Origin: Octopus sinensis
Lineage: Eukaryota
Direction of reading: 5' to 3'
DNA length: 64,000 nucleotides
Assembly: GCF_006345805.1 (NCBI RefSeq)
Contig: NC_042998.1
Location: forward strand, 156,178,001-156,242,000
Below are positions 50,601-64,000 of the stretch, piece by piece. Position 1 is the stretch's first letter, and every line of letters starts with the position of its first letter. The position numbers and the translations under genes are program-made. The notes under the pieces are model-generated. The model had not been told where the DNA came from and ran no database searches. It was given only the letters and a program-made list of their open reading frames with translations.

Positions 50601-51200
50601 ATGGACTAATTGTCAAAGGTCGATACAGCTTGGCACCTGTGACGTCGCAACTCATTTCTACAGCTGAGTGAACTGGAGCAACGTGAAATAAAGTGTCTTG
50701 CTCAAAAACACAACACGCAGCCCGGTCCGGGATTCGAACTCACAACCTCATGATCGTAAGCTCGACGCTCTAACCACTGAGCCATGCGTCTTCATACCTG
50801 TCTATTAATTTTTGTTTCTTTACATCTACCAGTAAATTGTAATGTGAAAGGAAATCTACCCCCAACATAGGATAAGGCAAATCTGCTACAATGAAATTCC
50901 AGTTATATTCTCTTCTTAAAAGTAAATCTAGAGTTAAAGTAATTTCTCCAAATGTTTGGATATCAGACTGATTAACTGCTTGTAGAGTCAAATAAGCAGG
51001 CTTAGGTTTCTCTTTTAAAAGTTTAACAGGCTAAATGGAACAAGCTGCTCCTATATCAACTAAGAATCTTTGTTTGGAGTTAGAGTCAAATATGAAGAAT
51101 ACGCGACTTTTTATGAAGTTCTCCACAGATTTCGTCGCGTCTAATCTCTGGTTGAGATGTTTCCCGACCTTTTTTGGTTTAGAAAATCAAATGAGCATGG
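47640..51200 (-). mobile_element. Ty3/Gypsy pol remnant (protease-RT-RNase H-integrase)
   Basis: [76 protein letters not shown] and YTGPFKVL; many frameshifts. Confidence 0.95.
50614..50794 (-). mobile_element. tRNA(Arg-like)-derived CORE-SINE (family C) inserted in Gypsy pol
   Basis: TGGCTCAGTGG (A box), CTTACGAT loop, GAGTTCGAATCC (B box), then TGTGTTTTTGAGCAAGACACTT...CAGTTCACTCAGCTGTAGAAATG resembling the CORE domain. Confidence 0.85.
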
Positions 51201-51404
51201 TTTAATTATTATTATTATTATTACTATTATTATTTTTTTGAACAATTTAAAATTGTGAAAGGCAATCATTCTCAATAATGTGAATGTTGATTTTCCTAAT
51301 TCAGTTTTTATACAATTAAAATATGCTGCAGCTTCTGGGCATGTAAATTTTCAACATTTGTTTATGTTAAAATTTCAATAGGAAAAAAAAACCCTCTGTG
51401 AATA

Positions 51405-51980
51405 ATTCTTTCTTCGAAAGGCACAAGGCTTAAAATTTGGGACCGGGGACTAGTCGATTACATTGACCCCAGTGTTTCCCTGGTACTTAATTCATCGACC
51501 CCCTCAGCATAATTTGAACTCAGAATGTAAAGACGGGCGAAATATCGCTAAGCATTTTGCCCGGCGCTTTAATAATAATAATAATCCTTTCTACTATTGG
51601 CACAAGGTCAGAAATTTTAGGGGAGGAAACTAGTCGATTACATTGACCCAGTGTTTCACTGGTACTTAATTTATCGACCCCGAAAGGGTGAAAGGCAAAG
51701 TCGACCTCAGCGGAATTTGTACTCAGAACGTAGCGACGGACAAAATACCTATTTCTTTACTACCCACAAGGGGCTAAACACAGAGAGGACAAACAAGGAC
51801 ATACAAACGGATTAAGTCGATTACATCGACCCTAGTGCGTAACTGGTACTTAATTTATCGACCTCGAAAGGATGAAAGGCAAAGTCGACCTCGGCGGAAT
51901 TTGAACTCAGAACGTAACGGCAGACGAAATACGGCTACGCATTTCGCCCGGCGTGCTAACGCTTCTGCCAGCTCGCCGAC
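51405..51980 (-). mobile_element. Cluster of three nested or tandem family B SINEs
   Basis: GTCGATTACAT.GACC...GGTACTTAATT.ATCGACC occurs three times; complete head at 51940-51980. Confidence 0.88.
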
Positions 51981-52549
51981 GGGCAAAATACCACAGATTT
52001 GCTTGTCAGTTGTTTGACCGTAACCAGTTGAGTATGTCCCTTAGTGGCTGGCGATATGTGCATCTCTGATCATGAGCAGAAGTAGTGGGGGAGCATCGTA
52101 GCCATGTGTTGAGAGGAATTCTTTGGGGTTTGGATAATTCACCTCTGGAAACGTGGTTGTCTCGTTCGACATAATTAAACAACCTTTATTCAGGGACCTT
52201 TTGAGCGGGATGAGTTTCGTATATTTTACCCCAGTGTCACTTTGATGACATGCACTGCTCTCTCACTCAATAATGATTTCATTTATATGCCACCAGGAGG
52301 AAGAATGAGGGGGACGATAAAAAACAGACATAAAGTGTGGGGGTTTACATGTAATGAAATGATAAGATAAAATTTTTAAAAAAAATCTTTTAAGGAGTAA
52401 GTATATACAGTATACAAAGGAAGAGGAATGTGCATAATGTACAAAGTTTAAGAAAATTATTGGAATGGTTTTTAGAGATGTAGTCCTCCTGATACAGTAT
52501 GAACTCATGGGATAATCGATGAACCCCACTGTCCAAGATTTCCCTGAAC

Positions 52550-54716
52550 ACCAACGTTAGTTTTCTTGGAATTAGAAGTAGAGATTAATAGTTCTCATAC
52601 TTTTATTCCGTTTAAAGTCTACATAGGTGGCAGAGGGAATATTTGTTTAAAATGAGGATATTTTTCCGCAGCATGCTGGTAACTTTCATGTAACACCTTT
52701 GAAATGCCAGCGAAATTTCTGTGCCGGTTAATCACTAAAGGAATTCTATCACATATTTTACTTTGTTTGCTAAAATTATGTGTGAAAGTTTGACTTTCCT
52801 TGTTAATCTTAGCCATCGCGATTCATTGAAACCGCGTTTGACATAATGGTGTACAAAAGCATCTGCATGTTTCCAGTAACCCCTATATCAGTACAAATTC
52901 GTTTTATCCTCAAAAATTAGGATTTCGAATTTGACCGAATTATATAATGTGAATGATCGGAGCGGCGGTGGAGGTAAATGTAGGATGACGTCACTATTTT
53001 TTGCCTCAAGAAAACTTAACTTTTGTGTCCTAAGATTCAGCGTTAGTTTTTTAAAAACTCGACGTAAATTTTATGTTGAGCTTAAAGCCATAGTTTTTAG
53101 TATAAGTTACAGAAATGCAAGAAATCAATTAAACTATCCTGAGATCTGTCCCAGGCAAAAAAGACTTCATCAATGAACTGTAACCAGAATATTGGTTCAT
53201 GACCATGTAGGGATTTGAATGTCTTCAGTAACAGTATCTCGAATTTCATCATGAAGATATTAGCGAAATTAACTGCGATGGAAGTACTCATGTCGCAACT
53301 CCCCGTCTGGTGGTAAAAATTTTGTCCAAACATCGTTGTTACTTTGTAACACAAACCTCAATAGCCTACAGAGAAAATTAAATGGAATACTTTTGTTTGA
53401 TCGTTTTTCGAAGGCATTCATGCACGCTTCTACCCCTTCATCGTGGTCAATATTGAGATATAAGGAAGAAACATCCATTGTTACCAAAAAACAGTTTCCG
53501 ACATTGTTTCGGTGCTTAGAAAAGTTGTTGATTTTAGACACAAAATCAAAAGTATCTTGAATATGGGAACTTGATCTTTGCGACAGTGAGTAGAAGGCCA
53601 TGCAGCAACTCCGAAATTTTGGCTGTACAACATTCGTATCCGCTGAAAATTCGGCGCATTGGAAGAAATCTTTCCAACTTTTTGTGTATTTTGTGTCTAA
53701 AATTAAGAACTTTTCTAACCACCGAAGCAATGTCGAAAACTGATTTTAGACACAAAATACGCAAAATGTTCTAAAGATTTCTTCCAATCCACCAAGTTTT
53801 CAGCGGATATGAATGTTGTACAGCCAAAATTTCGGAGTGGCTGGATGGCTTTCTACTCCCTGGCATTTCAAATGTTACATGAAAGTTACCAGCATGTTGC
53901 AGAAAAATATCTTCGTTTCAAACAAATATTCCCTCAGCCACTTTAGACGGAATAAAAATATAAGAGAACTATTAACCTCTACTTCTGATTCCAAGAAAAC
54001 TAATATTGGAGTTTCTGTGCGCTGTACCTTGAAAAACAGCTGCTAGAGAGGTAAGCCCTGTTCATTGTGCAACAACATGAGTTAAGTCATTTCCACCAGG
54101 AATCATAACAGAAATTTTATGATTTATGCGGAAGGTGGGAATGCACCAAACACAATTTGATTTATGGTGGTTGTACAACAGAACAACTAAACAAAAGATT
54201 CAATGGGCACACATATGATGTCAGGCAAAATGACAGTAGTTCGACCGAACTTGCCGAACATTTTACATCAAACGACTACAATTTTGAAAAGAACTTGAAA
54301 GTGCAAATTCTCAGAAAATATTCTGAATCTTACTCTTTCAGTCCTGAAAATGCATTGAGGAGAAATAAGTTTGCGAGCTATTAACATCACGCCCTGAAGG
54401 AATGAACAAACTGACATGGGAATTTCATCATATTTACACAAAATTGTTTGATTAAATATTCTTTTTTCCTTTTTCTCTTTTTTCTTTATTTTTCTTTCTA
54501 CCAGTTGTAAAATTGAAAATCGAAAACTGATGATGTCATTCCATCAACGTGGGAATGCTGGTTTCCCTCGTTCAAACTTCTGAATTTAAATTTCTATAAT
54601 TTTGAATTTTTATGTATCACTTTTCATTTCGAACTCGACAAAGACAGGCAAGCTGTCGAAATATCGTCCAAACCAATAAAATATCTATTGCAATCACATT
54701 GCACTCTTCGTACTGT
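52550..54716. mobile_element. Older PLE with fold-back architecture (RT on minus 52550-53600; C-terminus and GIY-YIG on plus 53850-54450)
   Basis: FLVTMDVSSLYLNIDH, NFANIFMMKFE and WLQFIDEVF on minus. IYGGCTTEQLNKRFNGH...ELAEHF on plus. 52555-52710 mirrors 53862-54012. Confidence 0.85.
54631..54669 (+). ncRNA. Probable hammerhead, U3-A8/U4C variant, at the PLE 3' end
   Basis: GAAC-TCGACAA-A-GACAG GCAAG CTGTC-GAAA-TA-TC-GTCC; perfect 5-bp stem II, imperfect stem I. Confidence 0.55.
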
Positions 54717-54728
54717 CTAATAATAATA

Positions 54729-54791
<63 letters not shown>

Positions 54792-54831
54792 TAATAATAA
54801 TAATAATAACAATAATAATAATAATAATAAC

Positions 54832-54912
<81 letters not shown>

Positions 54913-54915
54913 AAA
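54717..54915. repeat. (TAA)n-(GAA)n microsatellite
   Basis: Read directly. Confidence 0.97.
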
Positions 54916-54917
54916 AA

Positions 54918-56500
54918 TCCTGACTTATTAAGAAGAGGAATTTTCAAAGGAGACTCTTTGTCCCCACCCCCTTTTCTTCCTTGTTCTGATTCCACTAACA
55001 AACTTGTTAAATGAAAACACCATGGGTTACAGATGCTTTGAACAAATTATAAATCATCTCGACATAGACAGAAATCAGAGAATTAAGTCACAATCGCCCC
55101 TACAAATTTAGGAATAGACGAAATAGGTAAGATACAATACACAGTAATGAAAGAAAAAATTAACAGAGAATATTACAGAAGAATTAGACTAATATTAAAC
55201 ATTGAAGTCAATGCTAAAAATAAGATATAGGGATAAACATACAAGTTATACCAGTCACAAATCACAGCTTCAATATAATAAACTGGGAAATTAGTGAATC
55301 GAGAAACTTAGAAAAACCAGGAAGCTATTAACAGCATACTGACATCATCACCACAAAGCAGATACAGGCAGAATATATTGACCCGATCACAAGGAGGTCG
55401 CGGCATGACACAGATAGAGAATTACTATAAAATAACAGCTGGACTAGAAAAATACTTAAAAACAAAAAATGGACGACTACTACATGCAATAATGCAACAC
55501 GAAAAAACAAAACACTTCTTTATATAAGTCGAAAATACAAGACAGAAACAAACTACACTGAAACATTCATCTTAGATGAAAACACAGCAGAAAAGAGACA
55601 AAAAAAAACATGAAAACAAAACTACAAAACATACTAAAGAAGAAATGGAGAGGGAAATCACACCATGGCCAGTATCCTGGGAGCCTAAGTAAAAACCAAA
55701 AATGGCTCAAAAGTTCTGGACTAAAATCAGACCAGAAGGACTGATTCTTGCTGCACAAGACCAATGCCGGATCACAAACAAGTATAAAAACAAAATAATG
55801 AAAACAGACCCTAACACCAAATACAGAATATGCAAACAGCACAACGAGACAGTTGATCAATCATCTCTTGTTGTCCAGTCCTAGCCAAATTTGAATACAG
55901 ACATAACCGAATAAGTAATTATAGGCACAGGCATGGCTTTGTGGTAAGAAGTTGGGTTCTTTATCATATGGTTCTGGGTTCAGTCCTTCTGCGTGGCACC
56001 TTAGGAAAGTGTCTTCTACTATAGACTCGTGAGTGGAGTTGGTAGACGGAAACTGAAAAAAAGCTCGTTTTATATGTGTATCTGTGTCTGTGTCTGCGCG
56101 CGCGTGCATGCGTGTGTGTGTGTGTGTGTGTGCGTGTATCTTTGTGTTTGTGCTTGTCCACCACCACTGCTTGACAACGGACAAAGAAATCAAAATTAAT
56201 CTCCTAGACATAATAAAGGATTGGTTAAAAAAAACCCAAAAAGAACCCAATAAACCCTGTTTACTGATAGACATTGTAGTCCCTTCTGACCAAAATGTTA
56301 CCCAAAAGAAGTGGAGAAATTGTCAAAATGCAAAACTCTCGAAATTGAAGTGTTCAAGATCTTGGGCATGAAGGTGAAAACAGTACCCGCAGTAATTGGA
56401 GCATTGAATATGATAAAAAAAAGTTATGAACAAAAACGTAGAAGCTTTAGCTGGATCCTCAGTCCTCCACATTATTAAAAAAATAACACTTCACTATTTA
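54918..56500 (+). mobile_element. R4/Dong-like RLE non-LTR retrotransposon 3' remnant
   Basis: RGIFKGDSLSP, EYYRRIRLIL, HGQY, EGLILAAQDQ, RICKQHNETVD, RHN, CLLIDIVVP and VPAVIGAL. Interrupted by a SINE. Confidence 0.8.
55922..56180 (+). mobile_element. Family A SINE inserted in the R4-like LINE
   Basis: GGCACAGGCATGGCTTTGTGGTAAG...GGGTTCAGTCC..TGCGTGGCACCTTAGGAAAGTGTCTT. Confidence 0.85.
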
Positions 56501-56770
56501 GATAGTCAGCTTAACTGAGTGCTTTTGTTCTTTAATAACAGACGAATAGCTCTAATGAATTAATTACTGAGTGTGTCATATGTTTCTCCATTATTTATTT
56601 TATCGTAAAATAAAAAGCTGTAGGTTTTGGTTAATGAAAGTTTACAGGTTGATTGTTTTATATTTACTGATAATATTTTATATATATTTACACTTCAAAA
56701 TGGTCACAATGTTTCACTATAGTCCTTAATTTGTTCTCAAATGAAGTGCACGCTTATTATGTTTAAATGA

Positions 56771-59164
56771 CATTGGGAAACACAATTTTTGTTGAGTTAG
56801 ATCTGACACTTGTTTTTGACTAAGTTTTGGCCTCTAAATCCAAAACTGACCCCGGTTTTTCTGTATCACGCCAACTTTTTGAGCTATAGAGTACCCTCAC
56901 TTTATCTCAAAAAAAAAACATTAAAATACCGCATCTAACAAATTTGTGCTTATTTTTTAGAATGTTTTAAAAATTTATACACAATGTAATATAATAAAAT
57001 ATTGTTTGACTGTAAAGTTTATACAAATTTATTTCGTTCACAAAAGGATATTATTTTTGTGAGGGGAATTGTGTGCAAGTAGTTAAGGTAAAAATTTACG
57101 TTTAAAGCTTTTCCTGGAGTGTTCAATCTGCGCGAAAGATTTTCCTGGAGTGTTCAATCTCTGCGCAATTTCACTTTATATTCCAATAATAGTCAGCCAT
57201 CATATTTACATACCATCTACGCTAATACTGTTCTTCCACGACCTTCATGTGTAGAGGTGGGAATACGATTTTCTTCGTGTCAACAAGTGGCTCATGTAGA
57301 ATATTGGGATCATCAGGTTTGAAGTCAGATTTTGGAGGCCATTTCCTCTCCACCCACATGCACAGAAAGCAAGGATACTTGAGGTATCTGCGTTATTGAC
57401 CAAGAAGGAAGCACACAATTTTAAGGTCAACACAGGTAATCTAATTGATTTTGTGATATTGTAACTAATCAACGATTCTCTTTATATAGTCTTCATGATG
57501 ACAAACTGAATGTCCAATTTGGATTGCATTATATAGATTGCCATTGTGGAGGAGGTTATACTTTAAGCTCCTCTTGAGCTGTCGATGAACAGTCGCTATT
57601 CAATTGAGTTGTAGATCGGAATTCTCAATCCTCCAGTAAATTCTGTACGTTGTGGTAGAACTTTCTCTGGATCGAAAATAGGTTACTTTCGCTCCTTTTT
57701 CAACCAAGATTTTCTCATTCAGGTTTGATGCTAGGAGTTCTAAAGCCTATTTTTGATCGTCTCAGATCTCGTGCCCTATCATTCAACTCGTGCTGATCGA
57801 ATACCTTACGAGATGAATCATCATCAATTTCAAAATATGTATCCTTGCTGTCATTGAGTTCTTCATCATGATCTGCATCTTCGAGAGAAAGTAGTTGAAC
57901 GAAAACTGTCGCTGGAATTTTAGCTGAATGAGGCACTGGACGTATAGCTGATGGTAGACTAGGATATTTGATTTTACATTTTTTTTTCTTGTTATATCCT
58001 GAAGTATCAGTCTGTGCAATATTTTGGTTCTCGCCAAATCAAATGCCAACTCATCACTTGCTTCTTTGGTCCATATCCGTAAACTCTACATACACTGCTT
58101 ACACACCTTGTGAGGGGACCAAGACTTGTCTTTGTCAACAACTTTTACTTTAAATTATGCAAAATAGCTTGGCTTCACAAATACTCTGATGTTTGACCTT
58201 TAATTGGGAATGATGAACTTCTACAGATATAGGAAAATGTATCAGGGCTGTTTAGGCACTTACGACAAGAAGTAACAAAAGGAGATATGATCTGAAAGAA
58301 AGGAAATAAGTATGGAATAAAAAAATAAGTTGTGTATTCACAAACTTATAAAAAGAAAACTAAATGCTTACAAAATATCTGCTAACTCCTTGCATACAGA
58401 GTTTTATGTATTATTTGCAGAATACGATAGTAATCACCTATATAAGGCGGCTGCAGGGATTTGTAGCCACTATCCCAGATAGATATATGTTTTCTGCATA
58501 AATATGTGTAGATATGCATTCAAAAATGAATATACATACATATACATTCATACAAATACACCATAGGTACATATACATTCACACAAATACTCAATAAGAA
58601 AGAAGAACTGGGTAGAAACTTAGTCCTCCGACCTTAGAATAGAATCCCTGCACACTTCAGACCACCAGTTCACTCACTTCAAATCCTTGCCATCTCTCCT
58701 CCACTGCACTAATCTGTTCTTCGGTCTTTTAGCTTCAAATCCTCTGCACAACAGTACTTGTTACTATTATATCTAGATCACATTCGTGTAATTTCAAGTA
58801 GCTTAGCGCCAAATCAAATTCCAGTCTCCATCTTGAAACAGAAACTTTACTCTTGACGATTGAAGACCAGCTGAGGAATTTGACTTTATTTTTTGGAGGG
58901 AGATTTGAAAACTCAACCTAAAGTCACCTGATATGAAAATTCACACTCTCTATAAAAAAAAAATAATAAAAGCAATCAGCTGACAAATCTCATTACTTCC
59001 AGACGTTCAGTACATTTGTGCTTATTCAGAGAATAAATTGGGGAAAAAGAAAACTTGACGTATTGAAAACTGTCTGTAGTTTTGAAATCAGCATGCCAGT
59101 TTTAGTCTAAATCAAGTGAAAAATGGAAATCAGCGGGAATTATGTTTAGAATTATTCTCCAGTT
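56771..59164 (-). mobile_element. Chapaev3-like (CMC superfamily) DNA transposon remnant
   Basis: Minus-strand peptides CLNSPDTFSYIC, DKDKSWSPHKVCKQC, YPSLPSAIRPVPHS, FDQHELND and a C-terminal MMADY-like motif. Left end CATTGGGAAAC. Ends approximate. Confidence 0.72.
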
Positions 59165-59978
59165 TAATGGGTAAGTGCATATGATGCACCTGATAGATGC
59201 TCTAGCTAAATGGCTGTTGGTTGAAAGTATAAGTGAGGTAATTGTATACTTATAAAGTTTGTGATTATGAAAATTTGGGTATTTCTATTAAGCACCTATA
59301 ATTTTCTTCTCTATGAATGATTTATCATGCCAGCTGATGATGAAATTTCGTTATCAGCATTTATCGGAAGATGTTGCATCAAAGTGTCTTATCAACAATC
59401 TCTTATTTCTCTATTTAAATTTTGGTTCATCTTTCTCTTCATATCCTTACTTTTTCTGTGAGGGTCATGCGGGCAGAGTCCTTAGAAACGTCCTGTTGAG
59501 GGGCATGTTAGAAGTAACCTTAATAAATGTCCCAGCTGGATCTCCAAACATGACCGAACTGGGCTCGGAATGCTATCCGATCATCTCATTCGTAGACTTC
59601 TCCTAGGTCTCATGCCAATTGGCCTCACTCGTAAAATCTATCCTATGATTCTCTCTTCAGATGTTTTAACCATATATAGTCCGGGTTTCCTCTACAAAGT
59701 TTCGTGACTCTGGTACTGTAGATATGAGTGAAGGATGGAAACTCTACTATTCATATATGGTGCTAACTATGACAGTGATACAAGTTCTGTTCACTCTTTA
59801 AAACTTTTTCGTAATTTTTTTCTTACTTCACAATATTTCTGTTCCCTGATGAGGGCAACTGAACGTCTGCAACCAATTTAATTTCACCAGCCCTGTGAAA
59901 CAATGGTTTATATCAGTATAGCTAAGTAAGGGCTAATATCTTAAAGCCAAAAAGAAATTTTTAAATCAATTGAAATTA

Positions 59979-60386
59979 GGCGCAGGAGTGGCTGTGTGGT
60001 AAGTAGGTTGCTAACCAGCCATATGGTTCCGGGTTCAGTCCCACTGCGTGGCATCTTGGGCAAGTGTCTTCTGCTATAGCCCCGGGCCGACCAATGCCTT
60101 GTGAGTGGACACGGTAGACGGAAACTGAAAGAAGCCTGTCGTATATATGTATATATGTGTGTATGTGTTTGTGTGTCTCTGTTTGTCCCCCTAGCATTGC
60201 TTGACAACCGATGCTGGTGTGTTTACGTCCCCGTCACTGAGCGGTTTGGCAAAAAGAGACCGATAGAATAAGTACTGAGCTTACAAAGAATAAGTCCCGG
60301 GGTCGAGTTGCTCGACTAAAGGCGGTGCTCCAGCATGACCGCAGTCAAATGACTGAAACAAGTAAAAGAAAGAAAAAAAAGAAAAA
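59979..60386 (+). mobile_element. Family A CORE-type tRNA SINE, best-preserved full-length copy
   Basis: A box TGGCTGTGTGG, B box GGGTTCAGTCC, CTTGGGCAAGTGTCTT core-like motif, internal microsatellite, LINE-like tail and A-rich end. Confidence 0.92.
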
Positions 60387-60982
60387 TACCCGTACCGAGA
60401 AGAAAATTTACCTGTGTTAATGGAAATATGCGGGAAAGGAGTGCGTCTGATATTTGGTAGCTATTGTTACAACTTTGGCGATATTTCATTCGTATTAGAC
60501 ATTTTCAGGATAACATAGTCTAAACTATAACTACCAGATTACAGAACGATTTGTAAAGAATATAATTAGACAATTTAAAATAACAAAAAATTTTCCAGAA
60601 ATGCATACTACACGAATGACATAGAACTAAGTGTAGGATTAAATACTTAATATAGTATATGCGCATATATGAAAATATGTCCTCGTTAAAAATGTGCTAA
60701 ATGTCCAACCAAGAAGCAGATGGTTCGTATTATAGAGCTGAAACTTCTTTTTGCTTGAGGCCAGAGCATTTAACTTTCAAAGGCCCAATTTTCCTACCTC
60801 AAATTTAATAATGAATTGTTTGATCATTTCACTACTAAATTTGCAATCTGAGAATATTGTTTATATATTAATTACCATGCAATACAACACGTACACACAT
60901 GCTCACACACAGACACTCACATATATTTTGAAATTCATACACTCTCTTTTTTTTCGCTTTCACACACACACACACGCACACA

Positions 60983-61025
<43 letters not shown>

Positions 61026-61842
61026 TACACACACATGTATGTTTTCAAATCTGTAGGTATATACATATACAACGCGAATTATAGAGCAGTTGCTTTTTAT
61101 TAGGACGTATGCTATTTCTTGAAAAGGATATATATAAATCACGTGAAGTGATAAGAAATATCATAACAATTACTTTGGTTTTAAAGTCATTTATATTTAT
61201 TTATTTAGATTTAACAATGAGATATTAATTATTATGAAGAAGCTACTTGGAAATTTGGTTTGTGTAAATTGTGTTCTCGTATTGCAACTAAGTTGTGCGA
61301 AAAAGAACAAAGAATGAAAACGGAAACTGGAGCTTGGGAAGAAAGTGAAGAGAGAGAAGCAGGAAGGAAGACAAAAATGCGCCAGAAAGTGAAATATTTG
61401 AGAAGTACTGGCGAATATAATATCTTGAGTCATAAGCTTCGTCTTGCTATTTAATAGTCGATAAATCAAAAAGTAGAATTACATTAACAACCTCAACATG
61501 AATAACAATAACAATATTTATAGTAAGTCGAATTCCAGTGGTTGCTCGTTGATTGTGGTAATGGGATCAGAAATGATGTCTTCAAAATTGGCTCAAAGCC
61601 AGCATAATTCATTGCTAATAATAGAGACTACTTATACACTTCCATGGGGACTTATAAATGTTTATACTGGTCCTATTTTATAAACTAAGCAGCTGCACGT
61701 GTAAGAATGTAAGACAATAACTGTGAAACAACAAAAATGATTTTGTAAATGGCTTCTAGTATTGCTAGATATAAGCAAATGTGTGCATGTGTATGTTTGT
61801 GTGAATGAATGTAGAGATACAGAGGGCAAAAGTAGAAAATAA

Positions 61843-61873
<31 letters not shown>

Positions 61874-62346
61874 CTGTGTGTGTGTGCGTGCGTGAGCGCG
61901 CGCGTATCCGCGTGTGTGTGCATGTATGTCTTTACTATTTATACAGTCGACAAATATTCCTGTTGGTTGACGATGATGACCGTAACACTTTGATGCTGCA
62001 GTCTTAGTCCACTTACTTGTTAATGGGGATGTGAGAAGACATCACAGATATTTGTCAGCAGGAGGAAGATGAGTAGTTGATGAATGTTTCTTTGTTTCAT
62101 TAACTTTCAGTTAAATTATACATACATCGGATAACGAAACAAAAATCAAGTAATATCCAATATTTACTACATTTTCGTGGGGTAAACAAGCAAAGCTAGT
62201 GGGCATTGCCATCTTAAGTATTCTCAGCTTCCCACGTATTTAGAAAGGTTTATACCATATGGAAAGTAAACTTCTCATTCTATTTCTTTCTTTATGTCGC
62301 TCTCATTCTTTCTCCCTCTCTCTCCCTCCCTCTCCCCCTCTCCCTC

Positions 62347-62379
<33 letters not shown>

Positions 62380-62729
62380 TTCTCACTTGTCTTATTGTAA
62401 ACCTAAACACTTTTCTGATATACTTGTATATCTTTACACTGTTGTTATATCATGCCTTCGTTTTTTTAAATATATCAACAAAGTGTGTGTGTGCGTACGT
62501 GTGTGTGTGTGTGCAAATCTATGTGTATGTGTTATACATATAAACTTGAGATGTTATTTTTATACTCTGTTTATACTATCAAGAAAACTTCTATTAACGC
62601 CTCAAAATATTACTCTTGTGTCTTTCAATTAAAATATTTCATATCACAGTTATTTACTCATATCATCAAAATTGAATCACAAATTATTTTCCTTTAACAA
62701 GTGACATTTATTCTGATACCTAAATAATT

Positions 62730-62929
62730 ATTTCTTTACTACCCACAGAGAGGACAAACAAGAACAGACAAACGGATTAAGTCGATTATATCGATCCCAG
62801 TGCGTAACTGGTACTTAATTTATCGACCCCGAAAAGAAGAAAGGCAATTTGAACTCAGAACGTAACGGCAGACGAAATACGGCTACGCATTTCGCTCGGC
62901 GTGCTAACGTTTCTGCCAACTCGCCGCCC
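62730..62929 (-). mobile_element. Family B SINE
   Basis: Nearly identical to 51750-51980 with an internal deletion. Confidence 0.88.
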
Positions 62930-63928
62930 TATGATACATAAGTAATATGCAGATCTTTGAATCACAGCTTATTTGCGAATTCGTGATGTTAATCATAATT
63001 ATCTACCCTAAACATAGCATTTATCATAACAATAAAAGATACCTCATGGATCTTTCGTTTGGCTGCCACTTTTCAATTTTTTTAATTGCTATTTTAATTG
63101 ATTTCATATTTGGCGTATTAGTGTAGTTTTGTAAAGTAACCATTGGCATGGAATTCATTTTCGACATAAATCAATAAATAAAGAGTTACAAAGCTTACAA
63201 AGTTTGCAAATTTTGGGTAATTTTGGCTAGTCAAGAGCCACAGACATATAGGTACCTGTTTCCATACCAACAAGCCAAGCTGTCACTAAGCTGCTTACCA
63301 GTGTTCTTTTTACCACTTATTAAACGCTTAAAACACATGCAGTATGAGGTAATCATGAGATATGCTAAAAATAATATCTAAATAGGCCTTAAGTCACGCA
63401 CGAATTTTTTTTGCGGGCGTGGGTTGCATAATCGCATGAATTCTGGTGTGTAGAATAAAATTTCGCGAAAATTTTCTGAAAATACCCCAAAAATAAAAAA
63501 GTCCTGAGAGGTTATATGGCGTGCATAAAGCAGAATTCCGCCAATATTTCATTTGTTAGCAGTTGACAACACGTACTGTCACGCACAAAATGACAGCTTC
63601 CAACTCCTGCTTTCTGACTGGGTAAAAATCATTAAACTTTAAACCTCTTTAGCTTTTTAAATAAAATTTTCTGAAAAAAGTGAATTATCTCCTGAGATTC
63701 AATGTGGAAAAATACATCAATATATTTAATTTCAAAATTTTCACTAAACTTTAAAATTTCCAGAAAAGATCTTACATCGTTATTGCGATTTGCAAATACA
63801 TAAATATATTACATTATACCTGCCACTTACAGAACATCATACCTGTCACTTATATTACTTACATTAAAGAAAAAAATAAGAAAAATCTAAAAATTTAGCT
63901 ATGGCTAATAAATTATTTAAAATATATA

Positions 63929-64000
63929 CTGTAAATCCTCGAGTATAGTCCGCCCTTGAGTATAATACGCAGGGGATTTTTAGGGGGCTGTACCTCTGAA
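63929..64000 (+). mobile_element. Left end of a pogo/Tc2-like DNA element, running off the window
   Basis: TA-CTGTAAATCCTCGAGTATAGTCCGCCCTTGAGTATAATACGCA resembles TA-CCGTA...GAGTATAA termini with an internal repeat. Confidence 0.5.

Noticed and set aside
50720-50794. Functional tRNA-Arg gene (also the heads at 7511-7583 and 27792-27859)
   Set aside because: No proper acceptor stem or T-run terminator; each continues into repeat body sequence, so they are SINE-type heads.
59843-59912. CTGATGA-GGGC...GCCC-TGT-GAAAC motif
   Set aside because: Three extra bases before GAAA and no stem I; at best a decayed relic.
61197-62100. Possible host exons
   Set aside because: Short ORFs with no recognisable domain or consistent splice structure.

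Overview
Eukaryotic, AT-rich, microsatellite-dense, apparently intergenic or intronic DNA with one 100-N scaffold gap. The SINE families resemble those of octopods, so an Octopus-like cephalopod is inferred but not proven. No host protein-coding exon can be supported; most listed ORFs are microsatellite artefacts or decayed transposon frames. The window is a transposon graveyard: four Penelope-like element (PLE) remnants, two mariners, an IR/DR Tc1, a rosa/DUF4817-type fragment, a Chapaev3-like element, a Merlin-like fold-back MITE, Helitrons, Tx1/L1-, CR1- and R4/Dong-like LINE remnants, a Gypsy pol remnant and about 20 tRNA-derived SINEs. The most notable signal lies outside the ORF track: at least 11 well-formed type I hammerhead ribozyme (HHR) motifs, folded by eye. 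They use three Watson-Crick versions of the 3-8 core pair (C3-G8, U3-A8, A3-U8). They sit in PLE pseudo-LTRs, in a terminally redundant retrozyme-like unit, in fold-back insertions, and in a tRNA-promoter + microsatellite + HHR module present both at the end of a PLE and as a solo copy. No ribozyme activity or database match was tested.
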